From: Eledone cirrhosa
Taxonomy: Eukaryota
NCBI GenBank assembly: GCA_964016885.1
Contig: OZ024740.1
Span: 233,554,001-233,618,000 of the forward strand
DNA length: 64,000 nucleotides
Direction: 5' to 3'
Made by a program: the position numbers and the translations under genes
Shown here: piece after piece, positions 44,091 to 58,980 of the stretch
Layout: the number at the start of each line of letters is the position of its first letter
Position numbering within the stretch: the stretch's first letter is position 1
Notes under the pieces: generated by a model
What the model was told of the DNA's origin: nothing
What the model saw: only the letters and a program-made list of their open reading frames with translations
Databases searched by the model: none

Positions 44091-45707
44091 ACACGCCCTC
44101 CTCTCTCTCCCACTCCCGGTTTTGTTTTCACTGAATCACACCTGCAATTCAAAGGGTTTTCGATGTCATACATTCTGTTCATACACATTCGGCCTGAGAA
44201 TTCCGTTAAACCTGGAATGCTCAAACGCTTGCATGTTAGTTTCACAATTAGGTAGATCACTTAGATAAACAACTGAATATTCATCGCCAAGATCGGCAGA
44301 GAATCAACTTTAATTGGCAGAACGATATATCAGTACATCTACATCTGTGAGTTAACGGTTACTCAGTAAGATCGCTTTCATAGACAGGTGTGTGAGGCAA
44401 CACATCTTGTATCTATCAATGTTAAATAACAAAACGCAATACATCACTAGTAGTTATTTCATCGACAACCAGATGTACGACAAAGTCGACCTTCCTACGT
44501 AAAGAGTCGCAAGTAAATAATCCCATAAGTCCGTCCATTGTGATTTTCCTTAAATCTAATATTTCTACCCTGGATGAGTTGCAATTTTACAGAGAGATTG
44601 AGAAAGAAAAACGAAAGTTGGAAAAAAAGAGAAATGAAGAAAAAGTGATAGGTAGATTATCAGAAAGAAACTTCATGTCCACCTGTATACTTACAGCTGA
44701 AGGACATTAGTGTTTTGGCAAGAACAACTGATATACATGTATAAGCACATGCGCACACACGCACACACACACGCGCCTTTTCTCCAGCACATCTGTATAT
44801 GTTCATGTACACATGCATTCACGTTTAGACATTCAAAGGCAACTTCCGTTTACAAGAAAATATCATATAGACGCGTAATCTATTACTTTACACACAGAGA
44901 TATAAACATATTGACTAAACCAAGCATACACATACTCGAACAATGTAACACTTACACATTTATTCACACACATGGACACTGAAATGTAAATTCTATTTAC
45001 CCAATTATAACCAGGAGTGAAGCCGATCCTATAGCAGATTAAACTTTACTGGTATTCAACACAGCAAGATCGAAACGAACATCCTATGACTTCCATGTCG
45101 AAGTTCTTAACCATTCGGTAGCATCCTGATGTATATACATCGAGTGAAGAATACCTTTTCACTTATAGTGGAAATGTTTTCAAACAAACATGTACTTTTT
45201 TTTGTATTTCCTTTTTTAAAATTTACGAACAAGATAATTTAATAAAATGAAAGTATAAAATCCCAATTCTAAAAGCTGGTTTTAAATTGAAATTAATAGA
45301 TTAATTAAGGCAAAAAAAAATTAATTGTGGTGAAATCTCTTTTAGCAGCCGTCATAAATAAATCATCATGTGACAGATGCCAAGGATTTGATTCAGTGTT
45401 TCGTCTTGGTCTCTGTATTATATCATACTCACCAGATTTTAAGGACTAAGAGATGGAGGCTTGCCTGTTAGAAGATTCTTGGTGCCACTAAGAACACAAG
45501 AAAAAAGGTAAAAATTAGATAACCCAGTTTAACCTAATAGCTAGGAATTGAGACTAATCGCTTAAAATACGATTCACAAACGAGGTTGTGCTAGCCAATG
45601 AAAAGGAACTATATTTTTTCAAAGACACCCACGTGGCGTTTTTTGTGTCTATGTACATATATTAATGCCTGTTAAGACATGCAGACATGAACAAATAGAT
45701 GCAACAG

Positions 45708-45769
<62 letters not shown>

Positions 45770-45821
45770 GATATATATATACGATATTAACAAATGGAAA
45801 CTATATTTATAAAACCATATT

Positions 45822-45886
45822 TATTTCATTATACATATTTCAAGGATACCAAGTTAAACTATGGTATGCCTTCATCAGACAAAATA
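45822..45886 (-). ncRNA. Type I hammerhead ribozyme
   Basis: TATTTTGT-CTGATGA-AGG C ATACCA...TGGTAT CCT T-GAAA-TATGTA-TA-ATGAAATA; in a TA-flanked island. Confidence 0.7.
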
Positions 45887-45955
45887 CAATATATACCAGT
45901 TTTATAAATAAACATTGACGTACCCTTTCAAAATGCGACCGTTACTTTTGGAAGA

Positions 45956-45992
<37 letters not shown>

Positions 45993-46283
45993 TACACGGG
46001 TGTGTATGATTGTGTATAGAAGATTATATTAATAAAAGGAATTCCAACTTTGTCTGATTTACTCGTTTTATTTACCCTGGCAGAAAAAGATTATTTTTCT
46101 CATGACACTAACGCGACTACTTTACATTATGGACTGGGGTCTGCAATGGGATCTGCATGTAGGGTGGAGATTGGAGAGGTAACTCTAGGGTGGGGTACTT
46201 AGCTGGTGAAGAGTAGAGTGTTAGGACGTGTGAATAAGAAAACGGTTGCAATTGTAAGTTTTGAAAATAAAATTAGAAGCTTT

Positions 46284-46389
<106 letters not shown>

Positions 46390-46758
46390 CGGGTGAAGGG
46401 GCTTGTGTGAAAGCACGTGTATTAGTGGTTAGGGCATTCGGCTCATGACCATAAGGCGCGTTATGTCCTTCAGCAAGACACTTTATTTCACATAGCTTCT
46501 GCCTACTCAGCTGCAAAAATGAGTAGTACCTGTAATTAGAAGGGCCAGCTTTGACGTATTCTGTGTCATACTGAATCACCTTGACATCTATGTTAAGTCT
46601 GTTCTGTTGATATCATATCAACTGGAATACACACCATCATATATATATATATAAATATATATATAAACTTGTGTATGTGTGTTGTTTACTTCTACGATGT
46701 ATATATATATATATATATAATTGGTATGGGATGCCAACTTGACTGTCACCACTGAATG

Positions 46759-46797
46759 TGAACCTGAAGATTGCGAAAGCATGAAAGTACTTGTTCA
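46759..46797 (+). ncRNA. Minimal type I hammerhead ribozyme (39 nt)
   Basis: TGAAC-CTGAAGA-T TGC GAAA GCA T-GAAA-G TA C-TT-GTTCA; GNRA-capped stem II, palindromic stem III AAGTACTT. Confidence 0.8.
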
Positions 46798-46908
46798 ATT
46801 AACATTTAACATTTAATATTCGACCATACTATTTCATTATAATATCATTATAATTTTAAAGGATTATAAATAAAACGAGTATATCAGACAAAGTTGGAAC
46901 TCCTTTTA

Positions 46909-46949
<41 letters not shown>

Positions 46950-46997
46950 TTTAAAGGATTGTAAATAAAACGAGTAAATCAGAAGAAGTTGGAGCTC

Positions 46998-47115
<118 letters not shown>

Positions 47116-47116
47116 C

Positions 47117-47187
<71 letters not shown>

Positions 47188-47261
47188 TGTGTGTGTGAGT
47201 GTGTGTGTGTGTGTGTGAAACAATTGTGCTCGGTATAGTGAACTAACTGTTGTGCTACTCC

Positions 47262-47368
<107 letters not shown>

Positions 47369-47381
47369 TATATATATATAT

Positions 47382-47446
<65 letters not shown>

Positions 47447-47454
<8 letters not shown>

Positions 47455-47648
47455 GACATATTACAATCGTTTCTCTGGCAACCAGCTCGAGGCTGGTCAG
47501 AGAAACGATTGTCATATGTCTAATAAATATTATTCGTCGCAAAACTGATTCTCCGTTTCTTATGTCATATCATACTCTGCTCTGTAAGAGCATGGAGTGC
47601 TCAAACGGCCTACCGCTTACGGACGCTTTAAGCATCCCACGCCAATTA
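47447..47648 (+). mobile_element. Family B island with palindrome 47448-47528
   Basis: Centre near CTCGAG; GAAAC-GATT-GTC; tail homologous to 15052-15125. Confidence 0.75.
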
Positions 47649-47851
47649 CATAGATGTCAAGGTGATTCAGTATGACACAGAATACGTCAAAGCTGGCCCT
47701 TCTAATTACAGGTACTACTCATTTTTGCAGCTGAGTAGGCAGAAGCTATGTGAAATAAAGTGTCTTGCTGAAGGACATAACGCGCCTTATGGTCATGAGC
47801 CGAATGCCCTAACCACTAATACACGTGCTTTCACACACGCACCTGCACCCC

Positions 47852-47967
<116 letters not shown>

Positions 47968-48351
47968 AAAGCTTCTAATTTTATTTTCAAAATTTACAAT
48001 TGCATCCATTTTCTTATTCACACGTCCTAACACTCTACTCTTCACCAGCTAAGTACCCCACCCTAGAGTTACCTCTCCAATCTCCACCCTAGATGCAGAC
48101 CCCATTGCAGAACCCAGTCCATAATGTAAAATAGTCGCGTTAGTGTCATGAGAAAAAGAATCTTTTTGTGCCAAGGTAAAAAGCATCCAGTCAACGCTGT
48201 AAATGTGGCTGTTGTTAGCAAGGTTATCCAGTCATATAAACCAAGTCAGAAACAATTCTGTGTGAGCATGACATTGTCATCTGATCGGACTTGTCTAAAC
48301 AACGGGACAATTAGTCTGACGCTTGCTAGCGTGGGGAAATGGACGTTAAAC

Positions 48352-48402
<51 letters not shown>

Positions 48403-48419
48403 ACCCTACAAAAAAATGA

Positions 48420-50194
48420 AAATATTTAACATTTACTTTATACATTTCAATTAAAAAGAAATGTCTTCTTTCATACTTTTCATGCTGTACCAGTTTCTTT
48501 CGAGTAGTTTGAGACAAAGTTGCAGTTGTGGTTCCACTTAGTGCAGTATATATTTTGCAGCAAAGACATTGATATTAGCAGGGCATTTAATGTTGATGTT
48601 TTTATGTTATTGCGAAGGAAAAAAAACTCTTTCTACAGCTGCTGAAGAATATAGCAATGAAATAAGTTGCATCGTAGCAATATATGTCACATTTTTCTTG
48701 AGAAACAAGAAACCATTATTTCTCAGGGCGGTGGATTGGCAGTATCGGTAGAGGGTCGGACGCCATGCTTTCCAGCATAGTTACGTCCCTTTACGATCTG
48801 AGTTCAAATCCCGCCGAGGTTGACTTTGCCTTTCATCCTTACGGGGTCGATAAAATAAAGGACCAGTAATGCACTGGGTAATTGCTGGCCTTGTGCCTAA
48901 AGTAGAAACAATTATTTCTCAGGCTCATTTTATGCAATAAGAGATGCATCTTGCAGAGGAAATACCCTCCATTCTCTATATATTTGATGATATTAGTATC
49001 CATATACAAGGTTGGAAAATGTCATTGCCAATGTTGTGATCAGTTTTGGTTTACTGTCAGTAACATTGGTCAGGTCTAAAACTACTTGAACAAGCTGCTT
49101 GTTGGTAGAAATGTCCATCTACAATAAGGAAGAATTTTGCTGAATTTAGCTTAGACAATAAATATTTGAAAGCTTGAGGACCGACCACATTTCAAGAAAG
49201 TGCAAGTTCTTTAATTTATTGCGCACTTGACGTCTTTGGCGATGTTTTAATCAGAGCCTACGTTGGTAATAAGGCTAGGGAAATGATCCAAAATAGAAAT
49301 GAGTAGGGTGTGCTCAGCTGATGCTATTTATGTTAAATGAATGGAACAGGCTTTATGAAATATGTCACCTTCACTACTTGTTTCGCTACTTTCACATTCT
49401 TTTTTAGTGTTTTTTTCCCTTCATGCCTTATTTGACTTAAGCTACCAGCTATCTCACAATTGCACACTTTACAGTAGCCTTTACTTGTGTTCTTTTCACT
49501 CAATTCCAAACTCGATAAAAATATTTCATAGTTTAATAATTGTTGGGGAACTTTTTCTTTCATAGAAAGTAGATTTCATTATTTTTTCTTCTGAGAAGTA
49601 TAATCTTCGTTACTATCAGAAGGATATTCTACATTCATTTTTTTCCACTCATTACGGGTTCAAAATGTTTCTCAAAAAAGCAAAACAGTTCAGATCTAAA
49701 AAGATTACACGACCAAAGCCCACAGCTCGCCATGAAACAGCTGATTTAACTGAACTGATACGATTGTCTTCCAGGAATTCCTCTTAGTCCATCTGTATTT
49801 AGAATACCTTGCGTATTGTCAGTAGAATCTATTCAAGTAAACCGTCCACTGATTGATTGTGAGCAAATAGTGGGTTATTATAGGCTGCCAGGATTATACA
49901 GAATCTGGTTGGCTACCGATTTGAAATACTATGCAGAAGATTTATTAATGTCAAGTGAGATGTGTTGGGCAAATATATTTAATGGATCGCATCTCGATGT
50001 AAAATTTGTTATAGTTGATAAATGGCAAATCATTAAATGGTGATTTTAGAATATCAATTTAGCCAAATTTGCAAAACAAGTACAATCTCTAAAACGTGCC
50101 AAAAATTCCTGAGGTGGTCCCAAACGTAAAGAAAAGTCAAATTAAGGATAAATAGTACCAAATTTGTATGAACGTACCAAATTCGGCAGCGCTG
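48420..50194 (-). mobile_element. Decayed hAT (Tip100-like) DNA transposon
   Basis: Zinc-finger-like GYCKVCNCEI...RHE, then AEH...DH..L....D..IAKDVKC and FFLIVD; terminus CAGCGCTGCCGAATTTGG at 50194; many stops. Confidence 0.7.
48727..48916 (+). mobile_element. Full-length SINE family 1 inserted in the hAT fossil, TSD ATTATTTCTCAGG
   Basis: A-box TGGCAGTATCGGT, B-box GAGTTCAAATCC; 13-bp direct repeats at 48715 and 48911. Confidence 0.92.
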
Positions 50195-50468
50195 ATCTTG
50201 ATAGAAACGGTACGCTAATTACTCAATACATTTAGTAAAGTATATTTATGTGTATGTCTGTGTAGTTTAAACGTTCTTAAATGAATAACTATAGGCGTAG
50301 GCATGGGTGTATGGTTTATGTGTTAGCTTCGCAAACATGTAATTTCGTGTGCATTTGAACTACGTGGCACCTTCCTCAAGTGTTTTATACTAAAGGGTCT
50401 TGTGAGCACAATAGAGTGGATGAAAACTATGCGGAGATCCGTCTTGTATATATATATATATATATATA

Positions 50469-50669
50469 CGTAGGTCCCGGGTTGAGTCGGGGATAACCAC
50501 AGTAAGTAAGGTACTCAATACATGGCAGAGTAAAAATTTTTTTATTTTATAGAAGGAGCTTCTACATGACTAGTACTGTTTCATTCAGATGAAATCTTCA
50601 GGAAGCTTCCTGAAGATTTCATCTGAATGAAACAGTACTAGTCCTGTAGAAGCTCCTTCTATAAAATAA

Positions 50670-50673
<4 letters not shown>
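50469..50673 (-). mobile_element. (TA)n island with spacerless palindrome 50538-50673
   Basis: 68-bp arms centred on AAG|CTT (50605/50606), one mismatch seen. Confidence 0.9.
50604..50654 (+). ncRNA. Type I hammerhead ribozyme (mirror copy on minus strand 50557-50607)
   Basis: AGCTTC-CTGAAGA-T TTC ATCT GAA T-GAAA-CAG TACTAGTC CTG-TA-GAAGCT; stem I 6 bp, GUA triplet. Confidence 0.82.
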
Positions 50674-50701
<28 letters not shown>

Positions 50702-50704
<3 letters not shown>

Positions 50705-50904
50705 ATAATAATAAATTTGAAGACTAAAATCCAAAGAGGGCTCGATAAGGATAAATATATATCAAATATATAAGAACTGTAGAGCAAATATTTATTAAAA
50801 TAACGGATTAAAGTTTAAGCAAAGAATCGTTGCTTTCACCCTTAACGGGATCTTCTGAAAGCAGCGATTCTTTGCTTAAACTTTAATCTGTTATTTTAAT
50901 AAAT
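50702..50904 (-). mobile_element. Family E island with foldback 50789-50904
   Basis: Homologous to 20960-21180, 42660-42810 and 57346-57486. Confidence 0.75.
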
Positions 50905-51405
50905 ACCGTATCTCGGATACTATTTGGGATTTTATTTTTTCATTGTTTTAATATATAAAATTTATAAACTTCAAGTTAAAAGTTTTTCTGAACATGTTTT
51001 ACATTTTCTCTTCTAAAACTGTTTTTCTATCTTGTTTATATTTTAATTAATAAAGGTTTATAATCAGGGAAAGACTTTCTACTCGCCCTGTATACAACCA
51101 ACTACATAAAGTCAATGGCATGTCTTGTAGAAAGACGGCCTGAAAAAAAAATCGAGTATTTATGTTTGTTTATATAAATACAAGAATGTGTGAGTCTGTT
51201 TAATTCACACTGAGCGGAGGGGTTTCAAGGACGATGGAACATTGATATATGTTAGTTTCTCCTTCTATCTTGGTTTTTCTCTCAATCCCTTTTTATTGCA
51301 GTGTTTCTTTCTCTACATTTTCTCCCTATATTCTAAGTATGTTTCAAAAAATATTTTTTTTCTTCTAAGTTCATTCCTCCCAATGCCTCAATTGTTGGCA
51401 TCCCC

Positions 51406-51495
<90 letters not shown>

Positions 51496-52431
51496 CTTTC
51501 TTCAAGCGTTCCTCTTAATTTCTCTATATTTATATATTTCACTTCCTCATTCCTAATTCCACTCTCTTCTTCATATTCTTCATGCTTCATCTTTCATTCT
51601 TTCTATTCATTCTCTCTTAATTTACCTCCTCCCCACCCTCACCCTATCTAATATTGTTCAACATTTCCATAGGTTTTATAGTGTTTGATAGTTATTGCAT
51701 TTAACTGTAATTCTTAATTCTTTCCATGTAAAATTGCTCCTTTTTGGTATAACTCAAACTATATGTTGGTCTTCTCAAACTAAACATCTCCCTATTACGT
51801 GACGCCTATTACACAACCATTCAGTTACAAAACCTATCTATATTATTTAACCACCTCTCTCTACTGCAGAATCACTTTATATTACATAACATTTATCTAT
51901 TAAAGAATCACTCTGTATTGGATAGACTGGACTTCCTCGATTTCGAGGATGAGATTTTCTCTAGTACGATCAACAGAACAACCTGCTCCTTAAATTACCA
52001 CATAAGTGGTTGAACATTCCCAGGCATATGTACTCCTTATCATAATTCTTAGTATGTATAAAGGCTGGACCTTTACAGTCATTCCTATTGACTTCCAAGC
52101 AGTTTTCTTCTGCGCAATTCCACTCAATATACTTTCGCTAGCACCGCTGTGAGCGCTCTATATGTTAACATAAGTTATTAGTAGAAGTGAGTGGAAAAAT
52201 CGAATACAAAGGCGTAGTTTTCGATGACGCGACAATGGTAATAAAACAAAACAAAAACTAGGTAAAAAGTGTGTGCTTGTGTTTAAAGAATGGGTGTTTA
52301 TGTCTATTTGGTCGGGGTTAAAGAAAACGGCAAATGAAATAGAAGGAAAGAGAATAAATAGACAAACATAGGGAGAGAGGGTGGAGATATAAAGTGATGG
52401 AACAAGACAGAAGCATAGATAGAGAGAGAGA

Positions 52432-52507
<76 letters not shown>

Positions 52508-52818
52508 AAGGGGCACGGGCGTGGGCGTGTGTATGTGTGTTATAGTCATGTATGTGTTTGTAAATCTTTGTGTGTGTCATGTATGTGAACCCATTTGACA
52601 ACTCTGACACGATTCATATATTCCATTAAGTGAAAACTGGAAGTTAAATACCCACTTAAGAATCAATCCTGTAAAGGTGTCAGAATTGGATGACACCCAC
52701 AGTGGAATGGTTAGTTCCCTTGAACATTGGATGGCTTTCTTCCTCAGACAGATAGCTAAACACACCCATACTAGTGCAAACATAGAACACATTCAACCTC
52801 ATAGAGACACAGACACAC

Positions 52819-52876
<58 letters not shown>

Positions 52877-53050
52877 ATATATATGGTGGTGGTGGTGTAT
52901 GTTTGAGTGTATATGAATGTGTGTGTATGTATGCATATACATGTATGTATAAAAATTCCTTTGTATGTAAATATGTATGCATGCATGCATGTATGTATAT
53001 CTGAGAACATATAAGTACTATGTGCACATGAATATATATATATATGTATG

Positions 53051-53819
53051 TGGATGCTGAATTTGCCGACGACATAGTTTTGGTGACAAATACAGTGAAG
53101 GAGGCAGAGGATTTGATGCGGGAGGTTGAGACTGTGTCGATGAGTGTGGGGCTGAGAATGAATGAGACTAAAACAAAATATCTGGTAGAGAATGTTGAGA
53201 AGCCAGAGGGGATCACTAATGTAGGCGGGAAGCCGCTGGAATTGGTTGAGGACTTCCTGTATTTGGGAGCAAAGTTTGGGAATATGGAGGATGATGTGTT
53301 GAGAGGAAGAGCAAGGCCTGGGCGGCGTGCCACAGCTTGAGATCGGTGTGGAAGTCGGACCTTCGTAGAGACCTGAAAATCCGCCTCTTCATTGCTGTAG
53401 TGGAGTCTGTGCTGCTGTATGGGCCTGAGACTTGGACACTGACCAAGAAACTCACTCAGATGGTGGATGGGTGCTACACGAGAATGTTGAGGATGGCTCT
53501 GAACATTAATCAGTATACACTGAGGATGAAAAACTCAGAGCTGTATGGGAGCATCCCAAGAGTCAGCTCAAAAGTGACACAGAGGAGACTGAGGTTGGCT
53601 GGACATGCTCACCGACATCCGGAGTTGACATTGGACTCAGTGCTCCTTTGGGAGCCCCTACATGGACACACTAGAAGAGGAAGACCAAGGTTAACATATG
53701 TTGATGCCCTAAGGACAGACACTGGTCTGTTGGAGATGCAGGATATGGCAGCGATAATGAGGGACAGAGACCGCTGGAGAGAACTCGTCCATGGATCTCG
53801 GGAATTTTACCCGCCTTAG
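53051..53819 (+). mobile_element. RTE-clade LINE, 5'-truncated and frameshifted, with a TSD of about 55 bp
   Basis: EFADD...FYPP*; ATGTATGTATATCTGAGAACATATAAGTACTATGTGCACATGAATATAT is directly repeated on both sides. Confidence 0.92.
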
Positions 53820-53870
53820 ATAGATATATGTATGTATATCTGAGAACATATAAGTACTATGTGCACATGA

Positions 53871-53903
<33 letters not shown>

Positions 53904-54030
53904 ATATATATATTCATGTGCACATAGTACTTATATGTTCTCAGATATACATACATGCATGCATACATATTTACATACAAAGGAATTTTTATACATACAT
54001 GTATTTGCGCAAGTAATAAGACACCCAAAT

Positions 54031-54165
54031 TGCGCAAGTAATAAGACACCCAAATTCCAAGTCTTCCCATTTTACCTTTGCGCTAACAATACAACAGAAC
54101 AAATACGAATTAATAAGGAAAATATGTTTATTCAAAAATATAGACCAACATTAAATAAGGTTTAA
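54031..54165 (+). pseudogene. C-terminal remnant of a PLE GIY-YIG endonuclease
   Basis: CASNKTPKFQVFPFYLCANNTTEQIRINKENMFIQKYRPTLNKV* matches the F.I.P....R...E..FI....P.LN terminal motif. Confidence 0.72.
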
Positions 54166-54373
54166 TATACATTATGTCAACACCACAATATGACATACAC
54201 ACACACACATAACACCTTCTACTTTAGAAAATAAAAACCCGAACTAAATAAACCTTAACATACGTTTGCACTGGCAATACAACAGCAAACACGAAAAAGT
54301 AAGGAAAATATGTTCATTCAAAAATATTCCTACTAAAGGAATCACTTTCCTACACACACACATACACACACAC

Positions 54374-54446
<73 letters not shown>

Positions 54447-55247
54447 TCTTCATCTTAACATGCTAACCATACTCCCACACACATAACACCCATACACACA
54501 CATAACAACCCCCACACCTACAACTCCCTCCCCATTTTTACTAATAGAACCACTTTCCTACACACATATATATATACACACACACAAAATATATATTCTC
54601 TCCATCTTAACATACTCGCACACACACACATAACACCCATATACACACACACACAACTCCCTCCCCCATCTCTACTAATAGAATCATCTTCCAATACACA
54701 CATACACACACACACACACATACACACACACAAGCACACAAATAAACATACATATCTTCAGTCTCAATAGAAAATCTGAACTCTGACACCCCGGCGAGCT
54801 GGCCATATTCACTGAACCAGAACATTTCTCCCAATCCCTTTTCTCTTGACCACTATCTCTCCATTGTCATAACATTCACTATAAAGACTACAGAATAGTT
54901 TTCCAAATAAGGGCGCAAAAATGTAATAAAAACTTGTTCACGTGACAGCCAAATTTCATTCATAACCAACCAAAAAAAAGCATTCGTGAGCCTCCTTTTT
55001 TCAAGTAAAAAGAAATTCAAACACTCATATATGAAAAAAACAACCTGTGATAACCCCCCCCCCCCCTCTCTTATTTGAAGAACTATTGTAACGCGAACTG
55101 GCGCGAAATTTATTATAATTATTGACTAACCAATCAAATTACTTCTCGAAAAACCTGGAATTTCGAGCCACTTTTTCCATATAAAACAAGTAACATTCAG
55201 AGACCAACCAGATGTGAGAAAAACCACAGACCCTCCATCTCAACTCA

Positions 55248-55285
55248 CCTTTTGAAAAGCAGAAGAACTGCGAAACCGGTAAAGG
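55248..55285 (+). ncRNA. Minimal hammerhead with variant core TTGAAAA
   Basis: CCTT-TTGAAAA-GCAG AAGAA CTGC-GAAA-C CG G-TA-AAGG; palindromic stem III ACCGGT. Confidence 0.75.
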
Positions 55286-55787
55286 AACCAAATAAATATA
55301 TATATATTTTTTTTTAAAATAAGACTTCAGTTGCATTTTCGATTTCATCTCTTTTTCTTTATACTTTCACTCGTGTAGGACACCTCGGTTATTTTTCATT
55401 TTGTAAAAAAACCTCACTTTCTAATATATATATATATATATACATATATATATTTGTGCGACTATATCCAGGCGTGTGAGAGAGAAGGCGAGGCAACTTC
55501 TGAGCCTGAAAGAAAGGGAAATGTCTAACAGGCAGATGGTCAAATAGAAAAAGCAAATCGGTGTTTGATATCCCCCATTATCTATGACGTTTTAGATGTA
55601 TGTCTTGATTTACAATATTAAATTGCCGATAGTAGCACGTAGCTACAAGAAGTTCAAGATTTCGACGTGTCTTCAATATCCTAATGAAAATAGTTCATCA
55701 CATAATGCATATGCCACCAATACTCTCGAGTTGAGAAGTCAAAAGTGTCACAATATGGCATATAATCTCTCTCTCTCTCTCTCGCCC

Positions 55788-55923
<136 letters not shown>

Positions 55924-55985
55924 GTATATATATATATATGTTTATAAATATAATATATGTGTGTATATATATATATATATATACA

Positions 55986-56022
<37 letters not shown>

Positions 56023-56088
56023 ACGGGGTCGATAAAATAAAGTACCAGTAATGTACTGTTTATTTGATGGCCTTGTGCCAAAAGTAGA

Positions 56089-56183
<95 letters not shown>

Positions 56184-56196
56184 TATGTATACACAC

Positions 56197-56323
<127 letters not shown>

Positions 56324-56574
56324 TGTGTGTAAATAAATCGGTCAGAAAAAAAGAAAACCAATATCACATTTATAATGATTATACTGTAAAGTAGTAGTGC
56401 AGTGTATATACGCTCGGTACACCTGTCAAGTGGTCGGCTTTAGTAAGGGTATCTAGTCATAGAAACACTGACAAATATGAAACATATAAACAAGATGGGT
56501 TTTCTCCGAGCTGCGTAGTCTCAGACTGATGACTACATGGAAACTGGACGTTAATTGATGAGGATGTTGATGAT

Positions 56575-56861
56575 GATGACAAATACATACATACACACAC
56601 ACATACAATCTCACAAACACACACATACAAATACGCACACACATATACACACAAACACAAACCCACATATACAAACGCACACAAAACCTCAAGCACATAT
56701 ACATACACACATACAAACACAAACACACACACACACACACACACACATACAACCACACACGCACACACGGACATACAAACACGCACACACACACACAACC
56801 ACACACACGCACACATGGAGATACAAACAAACACACACACACACACACATGGACATACAAC

Positions 56862-56893
<32 letters not shown>

Positions 56894-57030
56894 TGGACAT
56901 ACAACCACACACACACACACGCACACATGGACATACAAACAAACACACACACACACACACACACATGGACATACAAACACACACACACATACAACCACAC
57001 ACACACACACGGACATACAAACGCACACAA
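56575..57030. repeat. CA-rich compound minisatellite (ACATGGACATACAA(A/C)C+(AC)n units)
   Basis: Direct reading. Confidence 0.8.
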
Positions 57031-57588
57031 TATTAAAGAAATACACAAAGACCAATATCTTGAAGGAGCAAGTAAGGACATTTTCGGCTCCAGTCGAATA
57101 AATTTATCTATACTAAATGTATTCAGTAGAATTTGTTCTATTTTTATTTTAAACACACACACACTTATATATATATATATATATGTATATGTATGGATTT
57201 TAGTCTTTATATTTATTATTATTACTATATATATATATATATATATAGTAATAATTGTGTCTACTATTGGCACAAGGCCAGCAATTAATTACTCAGTACA
57301 TTACTGGTACATTATTTTATCGACCCGTAAGGATGAAAGGCAAAAAGACTAAAATCCGAAAAGGCCTCGATAAGGATTATATATATATAAAATATATATA
57401 AACCCGTAGAGCAAATATTTATTATAAGAACAGATTAAAGTTTAAGCAAAGAATCGGTGCTTTCACCCTTAACGGGATCTCCTGAAGTGTATATATATAT
57501 ATTTATAAATATATTGCTTGTATGAGGAAATATATATATGTGGGTTTGTGCTTGTGTGTGTTTGCGTACACTCACGCATATATATATA

Positions 57589-57686
<98 letters not shown>

Positions 57687-57733
57687 TGTGTGTACGCAAA
57701 CACGTACACAATGACAATGAAAGAATGAAAGCG

Positions 57734-57793
<60 letters not shown>

Positions 57794-57810
57794 TGAGAGA
57801 CAGGGAGAGA

Positions 57811-57864
<54 letters not shown>

Positions 57865-58339
57865 GACAGAGAGACATTTAAACAAAGTGTATGAGAAGTA
57901 GAGGCATGGTATGGGGGTTGGGAAAATTGACTCGGAGACTAACAATATCAATAGAAAGAGCCAATTTCAAGTAGAAATCAACAAAAAAGTTGAACAGTAA
58001 AATGGAAGAATGCAGACGACAGGGTTTGCTTCAATATGTCCATACAATGGGGTTTGTTTAAGCAACGTCTACACCTCATGCTGACTGAGTGTATGTATAA
58101 ACAGCAGTTATGAATCTATTAAAGAGACAGAAGACTTTGTTTTCTGGTTGTTTTGCTAAATACATTGCTAAGCTTTTGCCATTTTCTCCCTCTTTTCATT
58201 CTCGTTTCATTCCGTAGATGACATTAGGTTTCGGATTTCCCGAAAGTTACAGATGTCTAGCCAGTTAAGACCTTGTCTGTCCATCGACATAACGTCATTC
58301 TTGTCACTGCTGCTTTTGTTGTTGTTATTGTTCTGTTTA

Positions 58340-58486
58340 TTGTTGCAGCAGCAGCCGTAGAGACAGCAGCAGCAGTAGCAGCAGTAGTAGCAGCAGTAGT
58401 AGTAGTGGTGTTGGTGGTGGTGGTGGTGGTGGTGGTGGTGGTAGTGGTGGTGGTGGTGGTAGTGGTGGTCGTAGTAGTAGTTCTAC

Positions 58487-58538
<52 letters not shown>

Positions 58539-58606
58539 GGTGGTGGTGGTGGTGTTAGTAGTAGTAGTAGTAGTGGTGGTGGTGGTAGTAGTAGTAGTAG
58601 TTCTAC

Positions 58607-58637
<31 letters not shown>

Positions 58638-58702
58638 GGTGGTGGTAGTAGTAGTAGTTCTAATAGTAGTAGTAGTAGTAGTGGTGGTGGTGGTGGTGGT
58701 GT

Positions 58703-58747
<45 letters not shown>

Positions 58748-58757
58748 CAATAGTAGT
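58340..58757. repeat. (GTA)n/(GTG)n trinucleotide array
   Basis: Direct reading. Confidence 0.95.
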
Positions 58758-58980
58758 TTTTTGTTGGTCTTGTTGAGGATGATGATAAAACGATATCTGT
58801 ATTGTAACTCGTGCTTTATTCTTTATCTCTTGTTCTTTTTTTATATTGTTTTTTGTTGTTGCTGGAGGTGTTTGTTATTTTTAAGGCTTCTTTCAATCCA
58901 TCTATATTCCTTTCTATTTTTATTTTTTTCTATAAAATTAACCTTGGAAAATACAAAAATGAAATTTAACTGTAATAAGG

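Larger units (their letters stand above)
54005..55425 (+). mobile_element. Penelope-like element 3' fragment (GIY-YIG C-terminus, repetitive 3' UTR, hammerhead)
   Basis: Endonuclease-like tail at 54031-54165, HHR at 55248-55285, ends in (TA)n. Confidence 0.7.

Noticed and set aside
48727-48810. SINE heads as tRNA genes
   Set aside because: A/B boxes are present but there is no intact cloverleaf, and they are attached to a repeated SINE body
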